Shown piece after piece: positions 13,439 through 27,067 of a stretch of DNA of 64,000 bases (positions are counted from its first letter, which is position 1; every line of letters starts with the position of its first letter). Location: contig NC_069005.1 of assembly GCF_001194135.2 (NCBI RefSeq), positions 33,798,763-33,862,762 on the forward strand. Direction: 5' to 3'. Under the pieces are notes generated by a model, which worked only from the letters and a program-made list of their open reading frames with translations, was not told where the DNA came from and made no database searches. The stretch is from Octopus bimaculoides. Its lineage: Eukaryota. The position numbers were made by a program, and so were the translations under genes.

Positions 13439-14157
13439 NNNNNNNNNNNNNNNNNNNNNNNNNNNNNNNNNNNNNNNNNNNNNNNNNNNNNNNNNNNNNN
13501 NNNNNNNNNNNNNNNNNNNNNNNNNNNNNNNNNNNNNNNNNNNNNNNNNNNNNNNNNNNNNNNNNNNNNNNNNNNNNNNNNTACATGCATATATATGTGT
13601 ATATATATACATATATATATATATATACATGTACATACATGCATATATATGTGTATATATATACATATATATGTATAATGTATACCTAAATACATATTCC
13701 TATACGCCATAAACACACACACACGTTCACTGCACGCGCACGCACACATACACAATCGCACGCATACACAATCGCACACATACACACTCATAGACACACA
13801 CATTTATTTGTATTGGCGCCCACGAGCAGGCAGTGTAATTATTAAACATACGACTACAGACTGGCACGATGTGAATTCTGACATCCTGTAAGTAGCGGTG
13901 CTGCGTTTCAAGCTCAGAAGCAGATGTTGTGCTCATCAGTTTAATCAGCGGCCGGTCACACAAAATATCAAGAGTCATAAGTAGCAGCGATCCAGGTGAA
14001 AAGCCAGCATGGTTGATCTGTCATGGACGGATGTTTCACAATACAAATGATCGGCTGTAATTGACTCTGTTATTAAACTAGTCGCTCTCTACGTCACTGT
14101 ATGTCTCTAGTTCGGCTGGCTTCTGTATATATCACACACTCTCTCTCGCCCTCTGCA

Positions 14158-14228
<71 letters not shown>

Positions 14229-14410
14229 CGCACTCTCTATCTATGTTCCAATGCATAAACATATGCAAATTTTTATCTACATTCGTATGCACAAGCATAT
14301 AACATACAAAAATATGTTATACAGTCATACACATACAAACACACACATATATGTATATAGTCTTCATACGTAAAAATTATGCACGTGCACATACACAATC
14401 TCACTCGGAT

Positions 14411-14535
<125 letters not shown>

Positions 14536-15524
14536 CACAGGCGGAAAAAATTATATACGCACGAATGTGTGCTATAAAATTATAGCACACATACACATGT
14601 GAACAGACACAAAATAAAACGCATATATATCATGTACACATGTATGTAAATATATATATATACATACATACAAACATGCATATATATATATGTGTGTGTG
14701 TGTATGTGTGCGAGTGTGTGTGTGTTTATGTATGTATATATATATATGTAAAGATATGTGTGCGTATGTTGTGTGTGTAGATGGCCGCCGGAAGTATTTC
14801 TCGATTCCTCTGGAAACCTTTCAATTATGGAAGGAAAACGATTCCATTTCCATTGTTCCCAATTGAAATTATATACACAGGCAAATATATATACACAACA
14901 AATTATATACACAAGCAAATATGTGTGTTTGATTTCCTTCCATACTTTTACACCAGTAATTGTAGGCTTACAAAATGTTCTCATGCATTTGCTCGCGCGC
15001 GCGCACATACACACACACATTCGAACACACACAACCCATTCACACTGTCAGGCATATATATATATATATACGCACATACATCTAAACACACACACATATA
15101 TGCATATATATTCATGCATACACACACATATATATATACATACACAAATGTACTTTTGTGTGCAAATGTGCACATACACACGCACACGAAAGAGATATAA
15201 ATGCGCACACACTGACTCACATACATGTGTATACATATATGTATGCATGTGTATGTCATCATTCATCAAGCTAAGTTTTGTGTAAACATATATATGTATA
15301 AACGTACACCCACACACACACACACACACAGACGTATGTATATAGATAAACATGTGCACATATATTTATACATACATAATATACACATTTCGTTTCAACT
15401 ACAAGTACATAAATATCTGTCTTTGCATTTGAAACTTTGCGTATGCATATATACTCTGAAGCGTACATGAACCACACATACTTACGTCAGCGTCCGCATA
15501 TATATATATATATATATATATATT

Positions 15525-15700
15525 TCAATTTTTTTTCTCCGTGTTTTTCTCCTTGTCTCCGTATTCTTTCTGTTGAAGAGCGTAGCTCGAAACGTCAAAG
15601 ACTTTCCGTATTCCCGAGCGTCATACTAATATATACTTTTGTTATTTACACCACCTGTCCTCGTCTGTTGTTATTTTTTGTATATTCTCCCATATATATA
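15525..15700 (+). mobile_element. Hammerhead-motif repeat, copy 2
   Basis: TCTTT-CTGTTGA-A-GAGC-GTA-GCTC-GAAAC-GTC-AAAGA at 15565-15601; ends in attctccc(ATAT)n. Confidence 0.8.
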
Positions 15701-15720
15701 TATATGCTTGATCGCTAAAT

Positions 15721-15900
15721 CTACAAGCTTTTTTCATTCTCTCTTTGTTTATTTCCTCTTATTCCTTTCTATTGAAGAGCGTAGGCTCGAAACATAAAAG
15801 ACTACCTCACTTTCCCAAGCGTCAAACTAATACTCCTACTTGTTGCTCATGCGCCTGTCTTCGCCTTTTGTTATTCTGTAAATTTCGGCTATATATATAT
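15721..15900 (+). mobile_element. Hammerhead-motif repeat, copy 3 (tandem with copy 2)
   Basis: CTTT-CTATTGA-A-GAGC-GTAG-GCTC-GAAAC-ATA-AAAG at 15765-15800. Confidence 0.8.
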
Positions 15901-16449
15901 GCAGTCAAAGTAATTATAATAGTATGAAGAGGTCAATGCTTCCTTCCAGTGTGCTCTTTACATTTATTAGCAATTCGTTACTACATATTCACATCGCTAC
16001 ATCGCTACATTTTTCATCAAATAGAGTAGGATAAGTTCTATGATTCAACCCATATAAATATATATAGCTAATACATAATACATTTGTGTTTATGTATCCG
16101 GTTGAAGTTCTATAATTCCCTTTCCACATTCTAATCACTCATCATTTACGTCTCAGTTATGCAATGGTGTGTGTGCTCATGTATTAAATATATTTGTGTC
16201 TACACATCTGCTCTATTGTTACTTAATGTTTAAATTATATATAACAGATTCAATGCTTGTTTATATAAACGAGACATTATAGTTTCTTTTAAGTGAGATT
16301 ATCTGGATAGCTAATAAGGTCTTCGTTTAAGAGTCAGTCGATGTTACAACTTTTATAAGATGTTAAGATACCACAAAATAATATAAAAATCGCTTGATCG
16401 ACCTGGCTATCCTGGATGATTTTCTACGTCACTGGTTACAATACGCTTG

Positions 16450-16672
16450 GCATCGTTTTAGCTCCCAGATGATGCCACTCTGCTGGCGAGCAGGCCCTGA
16501 TCGGAAGGGCTAGTCCATCGCAGGGTGACCCATTGACAGCTGAGTGAACTGCAGCAACGTGCAATGAAGTGTTTTGCTCAAGAACACAACACACCACTTG
16601 GTTAGGGAATCGAACCCACGATCTAGCGATCGTCAGCGTAAAACCCTAACCACTAAGCCACGTGACTTCACA
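16450..16672 (-). mobile_element. SINE family C (tRNA head plus conserved central domain)
   Basis: The minus strand reads gtgaagtcacgtggcttagtggttagggt...gggttcgattccc (A and B boxes), then gtgttgtgttcttgagcaaaacacttc...gttcactcagctg. Assignment of the central domain (CORE/Meta-like) is uncertain. Confidence 0.8.
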
Positions 16673-17666
16673 AATTCCATATTATCATCCCATATTTCAG
16701 TACACTCTTAGTGAAAGACCATCACTGTATAATGGAATTTTGGCTCCTTTAGACCAGAAAAAAATTAACTATATACGTTTCTTGGGTGTTTTGCTTTTCA
16801 GAATTTCGTTTTAAAACAAAAAATAAAGATCTGTTCCATAAATTACAGAGCGAATTAGATGGTATAAAATATGCCAACTGATATTGTAGGTTACATTAGT
16901 ATTGAAAAAAACAAACAAACAAACAAAAACATATATGTGTTGTTAGGCTCACGTGAAGTCGCCTTTGTAATGATCTAAATGTATATGTATGTTGATTATA
17001 TCTAATCTTAAAGTCATTTTCTGTCACGACAGCGTAATCAATTACATTGTGATTAATGTGAGATGTGACAGTGACTGCTTAGATAACTGATTTTTCTAAA
17101 TAATTGCTGTTGACTGGGAATACGTTCTGTGAATGATAGTTGCGTTTTGCTTTGTTAATATTCTTTGAATTATTCATTTGTTTTTCATTGCTGAAGAATG
17201 ATAATCTGTTATCGAATTAGTGTTCAGAGGATCGAGGTTGGAGTTTTGCTATATTTATGAGAAAGTGTAATTTTACAAGATGGGGGAATATATTTCTAAC
17301 CTAAGTGCCTAATATCGATTGGATATGTTGGATTCAGTCACGTGACATTCCTTTTGCGCTTGTTTTTATGTAGGCTGATGGTATTTAATCGTTTCTTTCA
17401 ATCGCAGACGATAACGCCATATTGAGTATATGTATTTGCTTCATCATTAGAGAAGCTTGAGGTTCACTTTCATTTACATAAATTACTCTGCGTATTTTTT
17501 CTAAAAGCAATGTTGGATAGTTGAAGTCATGATGCAGGCACGCACACACACACATGCATGGGTGTGTGTGTGGTGTGGTGTGTAGTGTAGGGGTGTGTAT
17601 GAGTTAAGTACACACACACACGGCGTGCGCGCGCACACACACACATACACACACGGCGTGCGCGCG

Positions 17667-17699
<33 letters not shown>

Positions 17700-18111
17700 G
17701 CATATTTCTATTAACGCTTCGTCCAAATGTAAATTTTGTATAATATGATTCTTTGTCTGAAAAATTTCTAATAGGAAATTTCTTTTATCCAAAATGTACA
17801 AGCTTCTAATTCCTATTAGCAAATGAAACACGTGTAATGGTGAAAGAATTTCCAACTTCCTATTTATGCCATTATATAATTACAATATTAATATAAATCA
17901 TAAGAAGCATCTTCTAGAGGGCTTTTGAAGGATACTTTAAAAAAATTAAATTGCTATAACTTATAGAAAAGAAACAAAAGGATAAAGAGAATAAGATTTT
18001 GTACGTATATATGCAGATGTATGTTTTTATATTTATGCATATCTATCTATCTATCTGTCAGTCTGTCCGTCTGTCTGACTGTCTGTCTGTCTGTCTGCCT
18101 GCCTGTCTATC

Positions 18112-18145
<34 letters not shown>

Positions 18146-18429
18146 TTAAATGATCTGTATTAATGTATAATAGAAGTATCTTTAAGAAGGAGAAATTGAA
18201 ATTAACAGGTCAATTTTGCCCGTCTTCAAAGTTATAAAATAAAAATTAAAAGAAAATCGATGAATTAATTGCCTCCTAATTAATTACCTTTATATGTAAA
18301 TAAATTAATAATTCATTTAATAAACCATTTTCTCTGAATTTTATACAGTAAACATACGAAGCTGGACATCGGCGTACAACACGTCTGACTGACGCAAATA
18401 TATAAGCAAAACTATGAAATAACAACAAA

Positions 18430-18633
18430 AATAACAATAATCATAATAATAATAATAATCCTTTTACTATTGGCACAAGGCCCGAAATTTGAAGGGAGGG
18501 GACCAGTCGATTACATCGACCCCAGTGATTTACCGGTACTTAATTTATCGACCCCGAAGAGATGAATGGTAAAGTCGATCTTGGCGGAATTTGAACTCAG
18601 AACGCAAGGACGGACGAAATGCCGCTAAGCATT
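18430..18633 (-). mobile_element. SINE family A, sitting in (TAA)n
   Basis: Reverse complement of the family A body and 3' end (ggccttgtgccaatagtaaaagg-attattatt); TAA-type repeats on both sides. Confidence 0.85.
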
Positions 18634-19396
18634 GATAATAATGATAATAATAATGATAATAATAATAATAATAATAATAAATGTTTAACTTTTATTTTAT
18701 TCTTATTTTAGCTGGTCTATGAAAGACTTATGATAGAAAGTATACAGTAAAATGCCTGACGCAACTCTTACTACCAATATTCGCAATTTCAACTCCCATT
18801 CACAGTTACATAAACCAATAATAGCAACACAATTGGCTGATTAACCAGTCAGCTTCCTGTATATCTCCTCACATTTTCCTCGTCGCCATCTTGTTATTTC
18901 TGTTGGTCTTGTTCATAATGTTATTGTCGTCATTGATGATAATATTCTTATATTCCGTGTTGTTAGTGTTATTATTGTTGTTGCTGTTGTTGATGGTGGT
19001 GATGGTGATGACGTTGGTAATGTTGCGGCTGAACATGTTTTGTTGATGATGATGTTATTACTGTTGTATATGTTGTTGTTGTTCTTTCGCTATATTCTCA
19101 TTTTCCTAATCTCCAGTTTCATTATATTTCACGCTCTCTCTGTCACACCACTTGTCTGTATCCCTCTCACCTTTCCTCTCCTCCTCCTCCTCCTCCTCCT
19201 CCTCCTCCTCCTCTTCTTCCAATTCCTCTTCCTTCTCATCCCACTTTCTCTACGTCTTTTTCTCTCTCCCCTTCCCCCCTCTATTCACTGCTTCATCAAT
19301 GATGTTAAGATTACGGTTTCCGGAATCCTTAAATTTCTTTGACGTAAAATATTTGTTACACATCTCTACTTGGTGAAAGAACTTCCNNNNNNNNNN

Positions 19397-19445
<49 letters not shown>

Positions 19446-19989
19446 ATATAAGTATGTTCACAAATACATATATTGAGGGAGAGAAGGAGAGGAGAAAAAA
19501 AAAGAACGCAAGAATAGGCGGGAAATTGAGAATGGATGATAGAGAGAGAAGGAGAGTGGGGTGGGCAGAAGACATAAGATAAATAAGAGATTTAAACAGA
19601 GATATAAACGAAAAGTTTTAGAGAGAATGCAACACGTCTCCATTTGTACTGCGAAAGTAATAACATGTAGCCACCTCATAGATAATGTTTTATTAGTAAA
19701 TGTAACCCCCTCCCCACGCCCGAAAAGAAAAGTAATAATTGCTGGGTTTATACAAAAGATACTTATTGATAAGAAATCTATACATTCATAATTTAATTGA
19801 ATTATCCAAAGCAATTGATCGCCTTTCATGAAAGCGTAAATTCCGTAAACAACATTACATACAGCATAACATAGGTCAAACGAGAAGAACGGTTTCCTGT
19901 CGACTAACTATACATCTACACAAAAACCAACCGGAGCACATTATACGATAAAATGAATAGAAAACAATCAAAGTAATCAAATTAATAAT

Positions 19990-20028
<39 letters not shown>

Positions 20029-20680
20029 CATCATCATCATCATCATAGTACATAGCCTTCAAAAGGCTCAAATGAGACCGCTCATACGCCACTGTTACGT
20101 TACATAAAGACAGGTCTTAGTGAAAGGATGTTACGCTTTCATATTTTATTGCTTATAGTACCCCGATCTGTATGACGTAACGTATTAGTATTTTCCTTGT
20201 GCATTTTTTTGATACAATGACATTTGCCACTCCGCAGAAATACTAATTTGTGCATCACTACTTCCAGTATATCCAGCCTAATTGCTATACCGTAACAAAC
20301 CTGTCTGTGTTACGTACCCAGTTGTAGTAGGTATCTATCGATCATCAGAGACCATTCTTTCATTAAAAATGGCCTTACAATAGGATATTAGAAATATATT
20401 GGAAAATGTGACTGTAACATTTATTCCGTGTTCTGATATCGCTAAATATGAGATTCTTCCATGATGCAATAGTTTCTGTTTCAACACACACGATCTCACA
20501 CGCCCTATTTGTTGCTCTGATGTGATGTTCTTTTAAAGTCAGATATGAATAACTCATACACACGTTCTGAAATATTTGAAGAAGGAATAGAACAACTCTA
20601 TCGAAGGAGATTCATGACTGTCACGAACACAGTCGTAAAGGGCGAATTTGAGAGTATAAACTTTTAATATATTAAACCCA

Positions 20681-20776
20681 TGGGTCGATAAAATAAGTGC
20701 CAGTTGAACGCTAGAGGGTCGATGCAATCGACTCGTCCCCGTTTGCTGCCCTTGTGGCAACATTTGAAGCCATTAG
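20681..20776 (+). mobile_element. SINE family A, 3' fragment
   Basis: gggtcgataaaataagtgccagttgaacgctagagggtcgatgcaatcgac...ttgctgcccttgtggcaacatttgaa. Confidence 0.7.
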
Positions 20777-21025
20777 TCATACTCGCACACATTATGTGTA
20801 TAATGAAGTAGACAGCGAGGTTGAGTGAACAAGGCTGTTCCTAACGCACTTAAGCCACTGAACCACACACACACACACACACACACACACTCCATACATT
20901 CCCAACCACATCACGCACTCAGCCCCCCACACACTCACACACACACACATATATATGTATACGGACACCATAAAATCAAACACACGCACATGGACAGATA
21001 CACACACACTTAGGGNNNNNNNNNN

Positions 21026-21070
<45 letters not shown>

Positions 21071-21334
21071 ACGAGAAAGAAGGGAGCGACGCGTGAGAGA
21101 TTGTGAGATTTGAAAGATAAATGATGCAAATATTTGTGTGATGAAATAGTAAAGTAATTTGTTAATTGTTCATCGACTGTTAATTAGCTTGTAGACATTG
21201 TTGATGATTGGATGTTAGCGGAACAGCTGACAGCTGACAGATGACAGAATAATCTCCCCCATTATGCTAATTAATATGTAAATTAACAAATAATGATTTC
21301 ATGCAAATACATACAAAGCTAATTAGTTTTCCCG

Positions 21335-21410
21335 TTGCTGTTGTTGTTGTTTAACACCAGGCCAACCGAGACCGGACAGACCATGATCAAACGTGTCCTA
21401 TCGATAACCA
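21335..21410 (-). repeat. Short dispersed repeat with an (AAC)n tail, probably a retroelement 3' end; related copies at 4905-4970 (+) and 60525-60615 (-)
   Basis: Shared text gttgttgtttagcc...ctgat...gatcaaaggc.ttccagc.gtgaccatc is recognisable in three places. Confidence 0.5.
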
Positions 21411-21544
21411 AACCAGTAGTTTTGTTAGTTTCCGACAACGGATTTCGTTATCTAATTTGGCCTTCTTTTTCTTAAGACGACAGAGTTTAATTTGAGGTGG
21501 CTTTGGTTGTTATTTCAAGCAATAGAAGAATTTGAAGCCGTTAG

Positions 21545-21576
21545 TATTATTGTTCTTACTATTATTGTTGTTATTA

Positions 21577-21646
<70 letters not shown>

Positions 21647-21647
21647 C
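21545..21647. repeat. (TAT)n microsatellite
   Basis: Read directly from the sequence. Confidence 0.95.
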
Positions 21648-23364
21648 AATACTATTCCTGTTGCGGTTGTTTTTGTTGTTGCATTTATTAATAGGCTTCC
21701 ACTCTTCTCCACGATAACTTGACAAATTGTACAAATTACTTTTTTTCTTTTGTTTCTTTGGCTTCAAAGCAAAACGCAACAAAGCAACATCAATATGGCG
21801 ACGTACATTTACACATGTATGGTTCACACGCTCTATTTCTCTATATTCTCTCCCTCTTTTTCTCTCCACTACCCATCTCTCTCTCTCTCTCTCTCACATA
21901 CACAAACACACGCAGACACACCACACACATATACAAACACACACGTCTTTGGGATATTTTTCTTAAATTTCTATCAAACCAGACAGGGTGCGGAAGGACA
22001 TTATTCATGTTGGATGTTGTGCCAAACGCGACAGTTAAAGAGAGATTTCCAAGAGTGTGGATATCAACTGTTAATTAATTTAAATGTTGCAATTAAAAAG
22101 GAAATGATTACGGATTAATGAGAGATGGGACAAGCTGAGCCAATGGCTTTCTTTTAATGAAAACCTCAAAGACTGTCTGTAGAAAGGAAGAAATCCTTCC
22201 TCCGAACGGAAACCTGAAGCTCATAACAAGAACGTTCCGCAAAATGTACTCAAGGATGAAGGAGAGGATTTAATCAAGATGATGGATTAAGTCGACCACT
22301 CCGGCGCGTTTTATTAAACGGGCTTCTCAAAAGATTCCGCATACCAAATGTCTTTGACAGGGGTAATTACTGGGTAATTCAGGTTATCGTTGAAATCACC
22401 CTACTTGGGTACCTTGCTGAAGGCTTGAACCCGAAGCATCAATCCTACGAAACATCTTAAACTGAACAAAACAAGTAGCATACTCTTTCCTTTCGTTTGT
22501 CTATCTATCTATCTAATATATTTATTTGCAGGCATACGAAACTCTCGATCTTTTGAGACACTACTGTAAATTTGCAGTGAAGTTAATGATACACTACGTT
22601 ATCAATTGTATTCCTGTCATGTTTGTTTTAAAAGATACGCGTGTGTGTGTTCAGGCGATTCGATCCTGTGTGCGTGTGTGTATATGTCAATATGTTAGTG
22701 TGTTGTGTGCTTGAGTAAATGTATGACATCGTTGTGTATACGTACACGTATTATATATATTACAGGCACGCACACATACTTGCGTGTGTGTTTGTGCTTG
22801 TGTGTGTGTGTGTGTACGTGCTTGTGTGTATCTGTGTACGATTTGTTCCTGTCCAAATACACCAGTTATCTAAGCGATGACATCGTACAAAACCATTTCA
22901 CACTCTTTAATCTACTCCGCTACGCGTTATTCATTAATCTTCGTACTAAACCTTTAATCCTGCATCTGACATCATTAACAAATCACGCTGACAGAAAGAA
23001 AGACAATCACTGCATTTGCTTCTACTCTTGCTGCTGGTGCTGCTTATACAGTTCCTTATGCTGCTGCATGTGCTGTTGCTTTTAGAATCGTCACTACTGA
23101 TATAATAACAATGGCGATTGTTAACGCCGGAAGTACATTAACGCCATATTGTACTGCTAGATAGCAACAATACAAACACGTGCATTGCTATGTCTGTCGT
23201 TCGTTTAGCACCTTCCAAGAGGTTCTCCTAATGTTTAATGTAGAGTTAAAGACTGGAGGATATGACGGTCGGTGAAGTTGGATGTCAGGTGTTGCTGATT
23301 CGAAAATATTGGGCTATACACTGCCACTTTCAGTTACAAACTATCACATCTCGGTACTTGTCAC

Positions 23365-23419
<55 letters not shown>

Positions 23420-23460
23420 AACAACTTAGACAGAAAGACAAGGAAGTTGCTGACTAGATA

Positions 23461-23679
23461 TTCGATACTCTAAGTAAATATCTTGAGAAGTACATGGAAC
23501 AAATAGGGGAAGCAATAAGGGTGGGGCAGTTGCAGAAAACAGCCCTGCTTGGAAGCGCTCAAATACTCAGGATGATGCTCGAAAAACAAGGGGGTGTTAC
23601 CTTAGCTCACTGGTAGTGAACAGCTGACACCGCAGTACATCTCCAGCGTTAGAAGCTGTGCAAAGGCAATAATATTAAT

Positions 23680-23743
<64 letters not shown>
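23461..23743 (+). mobile_element. 5'-truncated R4/Dong-clade non-LTR retrotransposon 3' end with a (TAA)n tail
   Basis: The frame from 23461 gives FDTLSKYLEKYMEQIGEAIRVGQLQKTALLGSAQILRMMLEK. LQKTALLGxAxILR is the typical C-terminus of R4/Dong ORFs. A short UTR and (TAA)n at 23668-23743 follow. Confidence 0.8.
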
Positions 23744-23745
<2 letters not shown>

Positions 23746-23898
23746 GATATTAAGCAACTGTATTTTCTTAAAAACATGCCTTCATGGACCTTAGTGAATA
23801 CAAGCTTTGCTCAAGCATGGTGGCCATCTTGTAAGAATGTAAATAAATCTTATAGTATAAGACTCTTTTTAATATACATTTCTTTTCTTTCTTAAAAC

Positions 23899-23933
<35 letters not shown>

Positions 23934-24048
23934 TATATNNNNNNNNNNNNNNNNNNNNNNNNNNNNNNNNNNNNNNNNNNNNNNNNNNNNNNNNNNNNNN
24001 NNNNNNNNNNNNNNNNNNNNNNNNNNNNNNNNNNNNNNNNNNNNNNNN

Positions 24049-24094
<46 letters not shown>

Positions 24095-24239
24095 TCTCTC
24101 TCTGTCTCTCGGTCTCTTTTCTCATCAGATGTATTATGTGTATCTATATGTACCTGTGTGTGTATGTTCGCTCGTATGTATGCTGATATATATGAATATC
24201 TGTGTGATGTGTATCAATGTACAAGCTAACATCCTTTAA

Positions 24240-24894
24240 GTTTCTCGTTGGCTGGTGACTTTTAGTAGTTTCAATATGGCTTATAGTGTAACTTTATCGC
24301 ATTTCCGCTAACGTAGGCAAAATTTATGCGTTTATTTTTTGTTTGTTTCCCGGTTGACTTCTAAATTATGGACAGTGAATCTCTTCGGATTTCCGTAGGC
24401 GATATTTGTTTTAATGTCTGCGTGTCGATAATAGTTCTTGCATTTCGCTTCGTACTTGTAAATGTTGCATCAAGATATGACGTTATTCTCTCAAAGAAAG
24501 TTCACTTTATTTGGTGCCTACAGCATAAAATTTTGTGGTTGGCCAAAATGTGGCAACACTTTAGAGAACAGGAATTGCACTAAAAATTGGTGCAGAGAAG
24601 TGAAACTAAACTAAAAATACGAAATCTACATCTTGTCAAGAACGTAAAACGAAGAATATGGAATAGAAAGCTACGGCGTTTTAAATAGGCAAGATAGGAT
24701 ATTCTCAAAAGCAGAATTGCAAGACTATTTAGCTGAACAATGGACAAAAATTACTTTGGAAACAATTCAAACTTTGTACGAGTCCATACCTCGTAGAATT
24801 CAAGCTGTAATTACTGCCAAAGGCGGTCCTACCCCATATTAAAATAAATTTGTTTGAAATTTTAAGGTGTTTTCATTATTTTGACCAACCCCTG
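24240..24894 (+). mobile_element. Tc1-like DNA transposon remnant; the right end is clear, the left boundary is approximate
   Basis: 24702-24842 encodes SKAELQDYLAEQWTKITLETIQTLYESIPRRIQAVITAKGGPTPY*, a typical Tc1 transposase C-terminus. A TIR-like ...ttattttgaccaacccctg and a TA follow at 24895-24896. Confidence 0.8.
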
Positions 24895-25181
24895 TATGTG
24901 TACATATATAATATGCATAGAATTTCCATATGTATTTACAGGTATATATGCATATATACATACATACATACATACACATATATGTGTATGTGTATATATA
25001 TATATATATACTGTGTGTTCATGTGTGTAAGTATATGAGCTCATTACTCTTGTATACACACACATTCTGACGCACACAACATATACATATATTCACACTT
25101 ATAAAATTTGTGCATATTCATGATATCAGGATTAGGTATTGGCATATATGTATGCTTACGTAAGCATATATATATTTATAT

Positions 25182-25223
<42 letters not shown>

Positions 25224-25323
25224 NNNNNNNNNNNNNNNNNNNNNNNNNNNNNNNNNNNNNNNNNNNNNNNNNNNNNNNNNNNNNNNNNNNNNNNNNNNNN
25301 NNNNNNNNNNNNNNNNNNNNNNN

Positions 25324-25364
<41 letters not shown>

Positions 25365-25468
25365 TGAGCGCATGTGTATATGTCCATAAACACAGACACA
25401 TACACATATATTATGTATATATATATGCATATATATATATTTAAACATATATACATGTGTATAATGTA

Positions 25469-25549
<81 letters not shown>

Positions 25550-26237
25550 TATACACATATATATACGCATGCTCTCCTCCCTCGCACATATATACCCATA
25601 TACACATACTTGCTAGTGTATACTTACTTGGCACAAATATAAGTTTGCACACTAACACACATATTGCTACACAAACGCGCGCACACACACACCACTGCCC
25701 CTCCTCCCCTTGCATCCTCTCACACTTCTTCTCATATCATTATTTCGTATTCTGGTTGTTGGTTTTACTCACACTGTGAAAATATAATAGATTAACATTA
25801 TATGTATTCGGCTGTTATACAATACATGAATGGCGACAATAAATGAAAGACTTTAAATTAGGGAACACGCCATGCAGCATAGTATTCAAAGATAGAATTT
25901 AGGGAAAGAATTCGACAAAGAATTGATATGTCGTGATGCTGTTTGGCATTACGGGTGCTAAGTAGGTGTGGGAAACCTAGTATGGCAACAGCTCCAATAA
26001 GGGCAATTCAGATGCGTATGTCTCTCTTGTTAACCATTGAAGGACAGAGCAACTAGTGTTCCGTTTATGAATTAATCCTCTGTTGTGACACGAAGGAACT
26101 CAGTGGGGTTGCTAGAAATAACTGCGATATTGGCATCGAATTACACACACGGGTCACCCCGATCCACCCACACATTTATTAATATGCATATTTCTATACA
26201 CAGCATATATGTACAATGTATAACCAATAACAATAGT

Positions 26238-26450
26238 TCTTTTCTACTATAAGCTCAAGGCCCGAAACTCTGATGGAGGGGGGCCAGTCAATTACATCGA
26301 CCACGGGGCGCAGTCGGCACTTATTCAATCGATCCCGAAAGCAAAAAATGTAAAGTCGTCCTCGGCGGAATTTGAACTCAGAAAGCAAAGTTTTAAGAAA
26401 TGTTGCTAAGCATTTTGCCCAGCTTGCTAACGTTTCTGCCAGCCCGCTGC
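26238..26450 (-). mobile_element. SINE family A, full length
   Basis: The reverse complement begins gcagcgggctggcagaaacgttagcaagctgggcaaaatgcttagc and ends ggccttgagcttatagtagaaaag. Confidence 0.85.
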
Positions 26451-26962
26451 TTTGAGATAGAATAGCACAGACATAGATACATACATACGACACCCACATA
26501 TATATATATATATATANNNNNNNNNNNNNNNNNNNNNNNNNNNNNNNNNNNNNNNNNNNNNNNNNNNNNNNNNNNNNNNNNNNNNNNNNNNNNNNNNNNN
26601 NNNNNNNNNNNNNNNNNNNNNNNNNNNNNNNNNNNNNNNNNNNNNNNNNNNNNNNNNNNNNNNNNNNNNNNNNNNNNNNNNNNNNNNNNNNNNNNNNNNN
26701 NNNNNNNNNNNNNNNNNNNNNNNNNNNNNNNNNNNNNNNNNNNNNNNNNNNNNNNNNNNNNNNNNNNNNNNNNNNNNNNNNNNNNNNNNNNNNNNNNNNN
26801 NNNNNNNNNNNNNNNNNNNNNNNNNNNNNNNNNNNNNNNNNNNNNNNNNNNNNNNNNNNNNNNNNNNNNNNNNNNNNNNNNNNNNNNNNNNNNNNNNNNN
26901 NNNNNNNNNNNNNNNNNNNNNNNNNNNNNNNNTATATATATATGTAAATGCATATATATCAA

Positions 26963-27025
<63 letters not shown>

Positions 27026-27067
27026 GTGTGTGTATATATATGCATGTGTGTGCTTATGTATGTATAC

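Noticed and set aside
13890-13945. Minus-strand CTGATGA...GAAAC resembling a hammerhead
   Set aside because: No proper helix II closure and no NUH cleavage site or helix III after GAAAC.
14780-14795. YY1-like ATGGCCGCC overlapping ETS CCGGAAGT; similar short motifs at 29388 and 44600
   Set aside because: Short motifs expected by chance in 64 kb, with no CpG-island context.
16560-16672. tRNA gene, suggested by the A and B boxes
   Set aside because: It does not close a cloverleaf and continues into a SINE body; the same applies to the SINE A and B heads.
17191-17220. CTGAAGA-AT-GATAA(TCTG)TTATC-GAAT
   Set aside because: It has a good stem, but GAAT instead of GAAA and no helix I or III; probably chance.
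21960-22470. Possible Penelope 3' region or terminal repeat (gctgaaggcttgaacccgaagcatc)
   Set aside because: Both hammerhead boxes are broken and no GIY-YIG motif was recognisable in any frame.
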